32,602 nucleotides of DNA from assembly GCA_043803745.1 (NCBI GenBank), contig JAZDJS010000018.1, positions 1 through 32,602 on the forward strand, read 5' to 3'. Within the stretch, counting starts at the first letter, position 1. The number at the start of each line of letters is the position of its first letter. The notes below the pieces were generated by a model. That model had not been told where the DNA came from. It searched no databases and worked only from the letters and a program-made list of their open reading frames with translations. This DNA comes from an archaeon. GTDB taxonomy: Archaea; SpSt-1190; DYHY01. Of the stretch, positions 1 through 8,022 are shown in pieces. The position numbers and the translations under genes were made by a program.

Positions 1-1642
1 GGTAGTTGTAAATCGGGTTCGGCCTGTTCGAAATCCCTATCACAGACCCCTCCCGAGCCTTCACTTCCATCGTGTTCGAGACGGTTTCCTCATAGGTGTC
101 GTCCGTCGGGTTTATCGAGACGATAGGAATCCCCTTCCCGACAAGGGCAAGCGACCCGTGCTTCAGCTCTCCCGCAGGCATCCCCTCGGCATGTATGTAG
201 GAAATCTCCTTGAGCTTGAGCGCGCCCTCGATTGCGGCAGCGAAATTTATCCCGCGCCCGATGAAATAGAACGCATTGGCATGCTTGTATTCGGCCGCTA
301 TCTTCTTGAGAACCGCCTTGTTTGCCTCGATTGTTTCCCTCAAAAGGCGCGCAGCTTCCCTGACCTTGGGGAACGACTCCCTGTACTTCCCGTTGAGAGC
401 CTGTGCAAGGAGGTAAAATGTCATTATCGTCGCCGAAAACGTCTTCGTTGCCGCAACGCCGATCTCCGGCCCCGCACGCATGTAAATCGTCCCGTCCGAC
501 TCGCGGGTTAGGGAGGAGCCTACGACGTTCACTATCGAGTAAACCTTCGCGCCCTGTTTCTTTGCCGCCCGGACGGATTCCATGACGTCGGCGGTTTCCC
601 CGGACTGGGAAATCGCAATGACAAGCGTGCCTTTTCCAAGGGAGCCCGCAAAATGGCTGAACTCAGAGGCAAGGAGGACGTCGCAGTAAAGCCCGTTCTC
701 CCTGACGAGAAGATACCGCCCTATCAGCGCGGCGTGGCGCGAGGTTCCGCAGGCAACCATCACTATTCTCTTCGCCGCCCTCATCTCCGCCGTAAGCTTC
801 CGGATGACTTTTTCATCCTGGGCAATTATCGCAGGCAGGGTTTCCGGCTGTTCCTCGATTTCCTTCAGCATGTAGTGGGGATATCCGTTGAGCTTGGCAG
901 CTTCGGGGCTCCAGGAAATTTTCCAGAGCGGGCGGCGGATTTTCTTTCCATCCTTGGTAATTGAAACGCCTTTTTTCGTGAGAACCGCCAGTTCCCCGTC
1001 CTCGAGAACCATTGCGTTCCTCGTGTGCGCAAGGAAGGCCGGCACGTCGGATGCAAGGAAATTCTCGCCCTTGCCAACCCCGATCACGAGCGGGCTCGAT
1101 TTGCGGGCGGCGACTATTTTTCCCGGTTCAAGCGGGGAAACCACGCCAAGGGCATATGAGCCTTGGAGAAGGGGCAGGATTCTTGCCACTGCCCCCTCCA
1201 AGGTCATTTGCCTGCCGGAGGAATTTGCGAGTTCGCCAGCAATGAGATGCGCAATAATCTCCGTGTCCGTTTCCGAGGAGAACTTCGCTCCCCGGGAAAT
1301 TAGCCCTTCCTTCAGTTCCACGAAATTCTCGACAATCCCATTATGGACAACGCCGACAATCCCCTTCGGATCGAAATGCGGATGGCTGTTCGGGATAGAG
1401 GGCTTCCCGTGCGTTGCCCAGCGGGTGTGCGCGATCCCGGTCGTTCCAAGGAAGGATGAATAATTCACCTGCGCCTCGAGCCCGCTTACCCGCCCGACTG
1501 ATTTTCTGACCCGGAATTTTTTTCCGCTGTCAATAACGACAATCCCCGCCGAATCATATCCGCGATATTCAAGGCTTTTCAGCCCGGAAATAAGCAGCTG
1601 AGCGCAGTTCTTTTCACCGACATACCCTATTATTCCGCACAT
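1..1642 (-). CDS. glmS: Glutamine--fructose-6-phosphate transaminase (isomerizing); 3' end runs off the window
   Basis: Manual minus-strand translation from ATG 1642 gives MCGIIGYVG...LEYRGYDSAG (N-terminal nucleophile Cys of class II glutamine amidotransferases). Near the window edge it reads EGALKLKEISYIHAEGMPAGELKHGSLAL (second SIS domain). It is missing from the ORF track, consistent with its stop lying outside the window. Confidence 0.97.
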   Translation of the reverse strand, partial: MCGIIGYVGEKNCAQLLISGLKSLEYRGYDSAGIVVIDSGKKFRVRKSVGRVSGLEAQVNYSSFLGTTGIAHTRWATHGKPSIPNSHPHFDPKGIVGVVHNGIVENFVELKEGLISRGAKFSSETDTEIIAHLIAGELANSSGRQMTLEGAVARILPLLQGSYALGVVSPLEPGKIVAARKSSPLVIGVGKGENFLASDVPAFLAHTRNAMVLEDGELAVLTKKGVSITKDGKKIRRPLWKISWSPEAAKLNGYPHYMLKEIEEQPETLPAIIAQDEKVIRKLTAEMRAAKRIVMVACGTSRHAALIGRYLLVRENGLYCDVLLASEFSHFAGSLGKGTLVIAISQSGETADVMESVRAAKKQGAKVYSIVNVVGSSLTRESDGTIYMRAGPEIGVAATKTFSATIMTFYLLAQALNGKYRESFPKVREAARLLRETIEANKAVLKKIAAEYKHANAFYFIGRGINFAAAIEGALKLKEISYIHAEGMPAGELKHGSLALVGKGIPIVSINPTDDTYEETVSNTMEVKAREGSVIGISNRPNPIYNY

Positions 1643-1765
1643 TTTTCAACTTGGGCTGAAAAACCGCTCGGTTTAATAAGCATTCCTCAAAACGGGTTCC
1701 GAGCGCACTGAAAGGATTGAAAGGGGTCCTCCGATTTGGTCTTGTTTTATGCCTCTTTTCCAATA

Positions 1766-1788
1766 AGTATTATAAATTCGTTAATACT
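1766..1788 (+). promoter_or_regulatory. TATA box (TTATAAA) embedded in an inverted repeat AGTATTA-N9-TAATACT; candidate autoregulatory operator
   Basis: AT-rich box about 25 nt upstream of ATG 1798; perfect 7-bp arms at 1766-1772 and 1782-1788. Confidence 0.55.
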
Positions 1789-1797
1789 GGTTCCATC

Positions 1798-2715
1798 ATG
1801 ATTTTAATAGTTGAAAAAACCGGAAACAAATACGTGGCAGCCGAGGGAAAACTCGTTACGCCCGCGGCGTTCTCGGTTTTGCTGAACCCCCTGCGGCTGA
1901 AAATACTTTCCGAAATCGCGGGCAAGCCGGCATATCCATCAGAAATCGCCGGGAAAATGCGGCTGCCCGAACAGAAGGTTTTCTACCACATCAACCAGCT
2001 TAGGAAAGGGGGCTTTGTCGAGATTGAACGGCGGGAGGAGCGTCGGGGGGGTCTTGCGAAATATTTCCGGGCAACCGGCAAGGCTTTCGCGCTCAAGCTC
2101 CCGAACGCGGAGGAATTCGACCTCCCGGTTTCCCTGCCCAATGCAACGAGCATCCCGAAGTTCCTTTCCGGCTTTGTCACAAGGGGCGGCGAGTTTGACG
2201 GGCTCGTTGTCGTCGGCTCGCCCGATGCCCACGGCCCGAACAAGGCAAGAGCCCGCGACGGGCACTATGCAACTGACCTGGCCGGATTTGTCGGAAGCAT
2301 TGCGCGGATATTTTCCCCCGTTGTGCGGACTGACACCGAGATAAAGGAAAGCGAGCGGAAAAGGAACCTGATTCTCGTCGGGGGGCCGATAACAAACATG
2401 CTTGTAGGAGAGGTTAACGGGTCCCTGCGCTTGCGTTTTGACGGGGATCACAACTGGGACATCTATTCCGAAAAATCCGGCAAGTTCTATTCAGAGGAGG
2501 AGTGCGGGATTATCGCAAGCGCGAAAAGCCCTTGGAACCCCGACGCGCGGATTGTGGTGATTGCCGGAAAGCGCTTTTCCGGGACCCGCTCCTCAATACT
2601 CGCAATCCTTTCCGGCGGGGAGAAATTCTCTTCCGCAGGGAACCTTGTTGTCGAGGGAACTGACCTTGACGGGGACGGGATTGTTGACTCCGCTGAAATC
2701 AAGGAGTCGTTCTGA
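1798..2715 (+). CDS. ArsR-type winged-HTH regulator fused to an S-layer-C-terminal-like alpha/beta domain ending in a DxDxDG loop
   Basis: LNPLRLKILSEI...PAYPSEIA...EQKVFYHINQLRKGGFVEI is an ArsR-like HTH. The C-terminal domain has NLILVGGPITN and IVVIAG..FSGT and ends DLDGDGIVDSAE. ATG 1798 chosen over TTG 1717 from the TATA position. Confidence 0.8.
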   Translation: MILIVEKTGNKYVAAEGKLVTPAAFSVLLNPLRLKILSEIAGKPAYPSEIAGKMRLPEQKVFYHINQLRKGGFVEIERREERRGGLAKYFRATGKAFALKLPNAEEFDLPVSLPNATSIPKFLSGFVTRGGEFDGLVVVGSPDAHGPNKARARDGHYATDLAGFVGSIARIFSPVVRTDTEIKESERKRNLILVGGPITNMLVGEVNGSLRLRFDGDHNWDIYSEKSGKFYSEEECGIIASAKSPWNPDARIVVIAGKRFSGTRSSILAILSGGEKFSSAGNLVVEGTDLDGDGIVDSAEIKESF

Positions 2716-3030
2716 ATAGGCGAGGAAATCCGGCTGAGCCGGGTTGATGCAAGCGAAATAAAAGAGGCGTTCTAGCCAAAAGTCGCTTGCGAAATCTGGA
2801 GCGGAGCGAAAGGTCGACGCGGCAGAGATTAAGGAGTCTTTTTGAGTCTGCTGCGGAGATCTGGAGCGGTTGAGGCAGAGGCATTACCAACGAAATCCGG
2901 AGCCAATGTTTGATGTAGGCGGCGGAAGCGAAAGGTTGATGCGGTGGAAGTGAAAGAGGCATTTTGAAACTGCGGACGGGGACTCCGGCGAATCTGAGCT
3001 GCTGCCGGCGAAATCAAGGAAGCCTTCTGG
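2668..3030 (+). repeat. Array of degenerate direct copies of the upstream gene's last ~11 codons
   Basis: Gene end 2683-2715 reads VDSAEIKESF*. Copies: 2743-2775 VDASEIKEAF*, 2813-2845 VDAAEIKESF*, 2935-2967 VDAVEVKEAF*. Partial copies: 2975-2992 (DGDSGE) and 3007-3030 (GEIKEAFW). Confidence 0.85.
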
Positions 3031-3036
3031 AAAGAA

Positions 3037-3390
3037 CTAGAAGAGTTCCTGCAGTTCCTTGCCCCATTTCGCGCCGGCGACGATGAGGATTGCCCCGAGA
3101 CCGAAGAACCCGAGGGAAACGTACCGGAGTATCCCGGTAGGCTTGACAAGGCTCGAAATTGCCTCGTAAATCCCGATAAGGACGAGACCGACATATATTG
3201 AGGAGAATGCGAACGCAAGGGTTATCAGGAAGGTTTCCTTCTTCGAAAGGACGAGATACCGCTCCGAAACCGTAATCCGCTTGAGTATGTTCTCGGCAAG
3301 GCCCTTCAGCCCCCAGGCATATACCAGAAGGATTAGTATTGTCGCGATGAACGCCGGATCCCTCAAAAGCTCCTCTGAAAATGAGACCAT
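3037..3390 (-). CDS. Small hypothetical membrane protein (about 3 TM segments)
   Basis: From ATG 3390 (MVSFSEELLRDP...), with three hydrophobic stretches; no recognised family. Confidence 0.7.
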   Translation of the reverse strand: MVSFSEELLRDPAFIATILILLVYAWGLKGLAENILKRITVSERYLVLSKKETFLITLAFAFSSIYVGLVLIGIYEAISSLVKPTGILRYVSLGFFGLGAILIVAGAKWGKELQELF

Positions 3391-3470
3391 TCTGCCAAGG
3401 AGAGGGGGTTCTTGATTAAAAGGTTTCCGGGGGAGAAAAAGATAAATCTGGGCCGGGACCCAGGAGCGCC

Positions 3471-3806
3471 ATGCCAATACTGAAACTCGTGAAGGGGAGC
3501 CGGGAAGCCAAGTTCCTCCATTTGCTTGACCTGAGGAACATGAAGGTGATATTCAGCAAGGACAGAACTGGCGTGCGGGTCGAGGTTTGCGAGACGAAGG
3601 ACAAACCGCCTTACATTGCAACCCTGAAATTCTCATTTTACATAAGCGAGACCGAATATTCAAAGATAGCGAAGAAGCATCAGGGAATAATGCAGAAAAT
3701 GATGCAGGACCTTTCAAACCTTTCAAGGACGATTGAGAAGCTCTACAACAGCAAGAGGAAGTCGGAAATCCAAGATGGCAATGGCGAAGAGAAAAAAGGC
3801 AGGTAG
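3471..3806 (+). CDS. Hypothetical protein, 111 aa
   Basis: ATG start preceded by GGAG; protein-like composition; divergent from the 3390 gene; overlaps the ferredoxin start. Confidence 0.6.
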   Translation: MPILKLVKGSREAKFLHLLDLRNMKVIFSKDRTGVRVEVCETKDKPPYIATLKFSFYISETEYSKIAKKHQGIMQKMMQDLSNLSRTIEKLYNSKRKSEIQDGNGEEKKGR

Positions 3807-4041
3807 GATCGAACCCCGGGCGGGACTGAAAGCAAGGTTCGTGATAAGGCAGGTCGTCCGGGAATGCATTGGCTGCGGGGCTTGCGCGGCGGTTTCACGA
3901 AATTGGAAGGTGAAGGGGGAAAAGTTCATTCCGAGGGAATCCGTCCTTGGCAAGCTCGGGAAGAACCTCGAGGCAGCGGAAGTCTGCCCCGTCACCTGCA
4001 TACACATAATTGACAAATTGAAAAAGAAGAGGCTTGCCTAG
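3775..4041 (+). CDS. Monocluster ferredoxin with a basic N-terminal extension
   Basis: ECIGCGAC (CxxCxxC) plus distal EAAEVCPVTCIHI; start at ATG 3775 or 3781. Confidence 0.85.
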   Translation: MAMAKRKKAGRIEPRAGLKARFVIRQVVRECIGCGACAAVSRNWKVKGEKFIPRESVLGKLGKNLEAAEVCPVTCIHIIDKLKKKRLA

Positions 4042-4051
4042 ACCCGGGAAA

Positions 4052-4651
4052 ATGCAGAGGCAGAAGGATCTTTTCGGCAGGGGGGCAAGACGGAGCTTCA
4101 AGTTCGCCAAGGCATTTTCCCCGAAAAAGCGAACTGGAAGCGCAGGGGAGGACCGGATTGCCGCCTTTCTCTCGGAAAAGGGGGTTTCCTTCAAGAGGCA
4201 CGGGATAATCTCCCGGACGGCAAGGCTTTCTGAGAAGGAGAAATCGGCCCTGATAATACGAAGCTGCCCCAGGGAAACGTTCGCGCTTCTCTCAAGGGAG
4301 TTCTCGCTTGAAAAAATCCATCCGGAACTCTTCAGATACGACTTTCTTGTGGAAGGTTTCCGGGAGGGCACTAAGAGGGCGGTTGTCTGTATCGAATATC
4401 TCGGGCTCTACAGGCCGGCTGCACGGGTTGACAAAAAGTCCTTCCGCAGGAGGCATGTCAGGCAGGTTGCGTTCTACACCTTCTTCAAGACGCCCCTGAA
4501 GCGGGAGGTCTACCGGCGCGCTGGAATCGAAATCGTGGAGATACTTCCCGGAGAGCTTGAGAATCTCGAGTCGATTCTGGCGCCCGTTCTGGATGCGCTC
4601 TCGCAGGAGAAAGCTACCCTTTCCGGCTGGCTCTCTTCGTCTTTCCCCTAG
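4052..4651 (+). CDS. Putative restriction-endonuclease-like (PD-(D/E)xK / Vsr-DUF559-like) protein
   Basis: Motif order SAGEDRIAAFL..KGVSF ... RYDFLV ... CIEYLGL ... KREVYRRAGIEIVEI resembles these nuclease domains. ATG 4052 follows the ferredoxin stop. Confidence 0.55.
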   Translation: MQRQKDLFGRGARRSFKFAKAFSPKKRTGSAGEDRIAAFLSEKGVSFKRHGIISRTARLSEKEKSALIIRSCPRETFALLSREFSLEKIHPELFRYDFLVEGFREGTKRAVVCIEYLGLYRPAARVDKKSFRRRHVRQVAFYTFFKTPLKREVYRRAGIEIVEILPGELENLESILAPVLDALSQEKATLSGWLSSSFP

Positions 4652-5267
4652 AAAACTCCATATAGGAAAAGATTAGGACTCCGGCAAGCGCGGGGATTGT
4701 CAGGACAATAGAGAGGAAGAAGAGGAAATCCGAAAAGATTCCGGCAAGGGCTGCGGCTGAGAACGCGAGGAAAACCTTCCCGGCAAGCGCGTTTGCATTC
4801 TTCCAGGTTGCGTCGCTCTCAAGGGTCCAAGGGGTCCGGACTCCGACAAAGTAGTTCCTGCGGGTTTTCGGCAAAAGTATCCCGAGGGAAGCGAAAAGGA
4901 CCGAGAACAGGGGGGCGAGTATTTTGGAAATCCCTATTTGGATTCCGAGCGCATGGGCAAGGACAAACGAATGGACTCCGAGGAAAAAGAGGGCGAAGGC
5001 TGCCTGGAATATTTGGTATTCCCTTGCGAAAAAGGGGTAGTTTTCCCTCAGGGGGTCGAGTTTCGGAAGGAGCTGGAAAAGGGCGAGGAGGAACGCGAGG
5101 AAAAGGGGGAGTAGGGCGGCGCCGAAAAGCTTGCCCGAATAGCCGTCGGGCTCACCGGAAAAGCCCCAGTGCGTTGCGACTTTCTCGGGAAGCCGGTCAT
5201 ATGCGAGCGCGGAAATCAGGATTGAAGCAGCAAGAAAGAGGAAGGCAATCTTCCGGAAAAGTCCCAT
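4614..5267 (-). CDS. SdpI-family membrane protein (DUF1648 + SdpI/YhfL domains)
   Basis: LPEKVATHWGFSGEPDGY (DUF1648 motif) and RNYFVGVRTPWTLESDATWKNAN (SdpI signature); about 6 TM segments. Confidence 0.88.
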   Translation of the reverse strand: MGLFRKIAFLFLAASILISALAYDRLPEKVATHWGFSGEPDGYSGKLFGAALLPLFLAFLLALFQLLPKLDPLRENYPFFAREYQIFQAAFALFFLGVHSFVLAHALGIQIGISKILAPLFSVLFASLGILLPKTRRNYFVGVRTPWTLESDATWKNANALAGKVFLAFSAAALAGIFSDFLFFLSIVLTIPALAGVLIFSYMEFSRGKTKRASRKG

Positions 5268-5287
5268 CCGAATCCTCTGCGCAATCC

Positions 5288-5298
5288 TTTTTTAAATA
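5288..5298. promoter_or_regulatory. Central AT tract, probable shared TATA element of divergent SdpI and Nudix genes
   Basis: TTTTTTAAATA in a 52-nt divergent spacer, about 21 nt from each start codon. Confidence 0.5.
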
Positions 5299-5319
5299 GG
5301 AATCGGGTCCTGCCGGAAA

Positions 5320-6279
5320 ATGGCTGAACCGGGCGAGAACGCAACCCTTGTTTTCGTTGTGCAAAGCGGAAAGATTCTTCTGATACGGAAAAAGAGGGGA
5401 ATCGGCGCGGGAAAATACAACGGGGTCGGCGGGCGGATTGAGCCGGGGGAAACCCCGGAGGAATGCGCGCGGAGGGAAGTGAAAGAGGAGCTCGGGCTGG
5501 TTCTTTCGGAAGCCGAACTGAAAAGGCAGGGCTTGCTCCGCTTTTCCCGGGGGCGCGACCCGTTCATGGATGTGTGGGTTTTCCGGGCGGACTCGTTCTC
5601 CGGAAGCCCTTGCGAAACCGATGAGGCAATCCCGTTCTGGTTCGAAACCGGGAAGATGCCGTTCGACGAGATGTGGGCTGGCGACCGCTTCTGGCTCCCT
5701 TTGCTGATTTCTGGGAAGAGGTTCCTCGGGAAATTCTCCTTCGACGAGAGCATGGAAAAACTCGTTTCGAAGGAAGTTGTGGAGCTTCCGGGCCGGGAGG
5801 AAACGAAAATCGTGACAAATGCGCTCCTTGTTGACGAAAAAGGACGGACGCTCCTCATTGAGCGCAGGGGAACCGAGCTCGGGAAGGGCAAGCTCGTTTT
5901 CCCGGGGGGGAAGGTTGAGCCGGGGGAATCGGTTCGTGATGCGGCGGCAAGGGAGCTTCTTGAGGAAACCGGAATATCCTCCCCGCCCGAAAGCCAGGAA
6001 CTTTTGGGACGGAACTGGTTCATTTTTCGGGGGAAGCTTTCAATGGAATCCTTCGTTTTCAGGTCGGATGTCTTCTCCGGAAGCGCCCGGGAAACTGAAG
6101 CGGGAATTCCCGGCTGGTTCCCGGGGGAATCGCTCCCGTACGAGCGGATGTGGGCTGATGCCCGGCACTATGCCGACCTCGCCCTTTCCGGAAGAAGGTT
6201 CGAATGCGTTTTCATCTACGACAATCCGAAGACCAACGTTCTTGAAAAGGCAGAGGTTTTCATTCTCCCGTCTTCTTAA
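5320..6279 (+). CDS. Tandem two-domain Nudix hydrolase (MTH1/8-oxo-dGTP diphosphatase-like)
   Basis: Two complete Nudix boxes, GGRIEPGETPEECARREVKEELG and GGKVEPGESVRDAAARELLEETG, followed by MTH1-like PFDEMWAGDRFW and PYERMWADARHY. Confidence 0.9.
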   Translation: MAEPGENATLVFVVQSGKILLIRKKRGIGAGKYNGVGGRIEPGETPEECARREVKEELGLVLSEAELKRQGLLRFSRGRDPFMDVWVFRADSFSGSPCETDEAIPFWFETGKMPFDEMWAGDRFWLPLLISGKRFLGKFSFDESMEKLVSKEVVELPGREETKIVTNALLVDEKGRTLLIERRGTELGKGKLVFPGGKVEPGESVRDAAARELLEETGISSPPESQELLGRNWFIFRGKLSMESFVFRSDVFSGSARETEAGIPGWFPGESLPYERMWADARHYADLALSGRRFECVFIYDNPKTNVLEKAEVFILPSS

Positions 6280-7033
6280 GCTTCTTCGAATTGGCAAGGA
6301 CAATCAGGTTCGCCCGTCCCCGCTTGTATTTCCTCACAAGCCCGCGGGCTTCAAGCTCCGAAAGAAGGAGGCTTGCCTTTGCTTCCGAATAGGGCATTTC
6401 CCGTCTCAGCTCGCGTTGGATGATTCTCCCTCCTGCAGCTGAAATTTTTTCAAGTATTTCCGCAAGCTCCGGATCGAGATTCTTTTTCGGTGTTTGGACG
6501 GGACGCGCCGCAAGCTCCCGCGAAGTCGCCTTCTTTCTTCCGGCAGCCGGCTTTTTCCGAAGGAACCTGAAATAAATGTAAAAGGCCCCCCCTGCGCCAG
6601 CTCCAATCAGCAAAGGGATAATGAAGAGGTTTGGAGTTGCCTGTCTTGGAACTATCTGGATGTCGATGGACGGCGACTGCTCCTCGTCAAGGTTCCCTCC
6701 CGAGGGAACCGCGGGAAAGAGGATGAAATCAATCCGGTAAGGGCTCCCGTCGTCAAGGACCTTGATTGTCGAAGAATCCTCGAGGAGTTTCTCGGCGCCC
6801 CGGAAGCTTTCCGCCTTCAAAAGGTAGATTCCCTCAGGAACGAAGAAGGAGTATTTTCCGCTTTCCGAAACAAGGGTCTGCTCCGGGGTCGTGTTTATTG
6901 AAAAGACGACCGGACTTGCGAGGGAAAGGTCCTCCCAGCTGTAGGCGCCCCCGGAAATTTCGGCTGAAAAGACGGAGGCGGACAGCAGAAGAATCAGGAG
7001 AAAGGCTGCCGGAAGTGCGACAGGAATCTTCAT
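6260..7033 (-). CDS. Membrane-anchored winged-HTH regulator (COG2512-like)
   Basis: N-terminal signal peptide, beta-rich extracytoplasmic region, one TM (LFIIPLLIGAGAGGAFYIYF), then GGRIIQRELRREMPYSEAKASLLLSELEARGLVRKYKRGRANLI (wHTH). Confidence 0.8.
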   Translation of the reverse strand: MKIPVALPAAFLLILLLSASVFSAEISGGAYSWEDLSLASPVVFSINTTPEQTLVSESGKYSFFVPEGIYLLKAESFRGAEKLLEDSSTIKVLDDGSPYRIDFILFPAVPSGGNLDEEQSPSIDIQIVPRQATPNLFIIPLLIGAGAGGAFYIYFRFLRKKPAAGRKKATSRELAARPVQTPKKNLDPELAEILEKISAAGGRIIQRELRREMPYSEAKASLLLSELEARGLVRKYKRGRANLIVLANSKKLKKTGE

Positions 7034-7060
7034 TCCTGGATTGCCCGTAAACTGGGGATA

Positions 7061-7081
7061 TAAAGCTTTAGGTGAAGCTTC
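7061..7081. promoter_or_regulatory. Tandem AAGCTT-centred palindromes in a divergent promoter; candidate operator
   Basis: TAAAGCTTTA (7061-7070) and GAAGCTTC (7074-7081), cores 12 bp apart, overlapping GATATAAA. Confidence 0.35.
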
Positions 7082-7120
7082 GTAAAGTGTCTACTTAAGG
7101 TTCTGCAGCGGGCCCGGGTT

Positions 7121-8020
7121 ATGGCAAAAACAAAAGGAACCAAGGCGCCTTTCGCATCAATCGTCATTGTTTTGGCGGTTATTGCAATTGTCGCATTGGG
7201 AACCCTTTCCCCGGCGTTTTCAGTCCCAGGAGGGAACTTGAAGAATTTCCGGGAAAGGGCGAAGGAACAGTATGGGGCTGCCTTTGGAAAGTACAAGGCG
7301 GCTGTCAACGAGTACAAGGACGCGCGCCAGGGGTTCTTCCAAGCAAGGGAGAATTTCCTCAAGGCAAGGCGGCTCGGCGGACGAAACGCGAGCGAGACTG
7401 ACGTTCTCGCGGCAGCGAAACGCTACATGGCAACTTCGTCTGACCACCTGGTGACGCTGATAGAACATGTCGAGAACGAGGTCGGGATATTGACGTCGGT
7501 AAACGCAACTGATGCGCCCGGACTTGAGCAGCTGCAGGAGAACTGGCTCAACCAGCTTGAAGCTACAAAGGCTAATGTTACGGCAATAAGGTCGAGGATT
7601 GAAAACGCAACTGAAAAGCAGGAGATTGTCTCTGCCGCAAATGAACTTGGCCAGGTTTGGAAGGTTGTAACGGAGCTTTCCCAGAAAATCTACTACCTTG
7701 CACGGGTTGAAAGGGGAGTCGCCCTCTACAGGAGAATTTCCCTCGTAGAGGCGCGGATTGGAAACAGGACGAGTGAGCTTGCCGCAAACGGGACGTTTGA
7801 TGCCTCGGAGATTGAAGCTGAGCTTGAGCAAGTCAAGCTTGCTCTTTCCGGTGCGCAGGGCAGTTTCGTCGAAGCGAGGACCTACTTCGGAGAAGGCCAA
7901 AGGGAGGCGGGCAAGGCTAAGATGTCCGAGTCCCACGACTTCCTGAGGGATGCGCTCGCAAGCCTGAGGCGTGCATATGCAAGCTACAGGGATGCCGCCG
8001 GGAATGAGGACGGTGCCTAA
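7121..8020 (+). CDS. Secreted or membrane-anchored alpha-helical (coiled-coil) protein
   Basis: Basic N-terminus and hydrophobic helix (IVIVLAVIAIVALG), then a long A/E/K/R-rich helical region with several N-x-S/T sequons (NAS, NAT, NVT, NRT, NGT). Confidence 0.75.
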   Translation: MAKTKGTKAPFASIVIVLAVIAIVALGTLSPAFSVPGGNLKNFRERAKEQYGAAFGKYKAAVNEYKDARQGFFQARENFLKARRLGGRNASETDVLAAAKRYMATSSDHLVTLIEHVENEVGILTSVNATDAPGLEQLQENWLNQLEATKANVTAIRSRIENATEKQEIVSAANELGQVWKVVTELSQKIYYLARVERGVALYRRISLVEARIGNRTSELAANGTFDASEIEAELEQVKLALSGAQGSFVEARTYFGEGQREAGKAKMSESHDFLRDALASLRRAYASYRDAAGNEDGA

Positions 8021-8022
8021 GA

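Noticed and set aside
158-1463. Plus-strand ORFs 158-511, 653-964 and 888-1463
   Set aside because: Antisense shadows of glmS, which occupies the minus strand.
2713-2775. Genome-wide TGA recoding suggested by the in-frame first echo
   Set aside because: TGA ends conserved genes at the expected length (DHS family, rpoA'', rpoB'), so the standard code applies; local read-through remains untested.
2668-3030. Diversity-generating retroelement template/variable repeat pair
   Set aside because: Differences are not confined to adenines of any one copy, the units are short and no reverse transcriptase is in the window.
2716-3036. CRISPR array interpretation of the repeats
   Set aside because: Repeats are only about 65-75% identical, vary by codon position, have irregular spacing and match the adjacent gene end; no cas genes are present.
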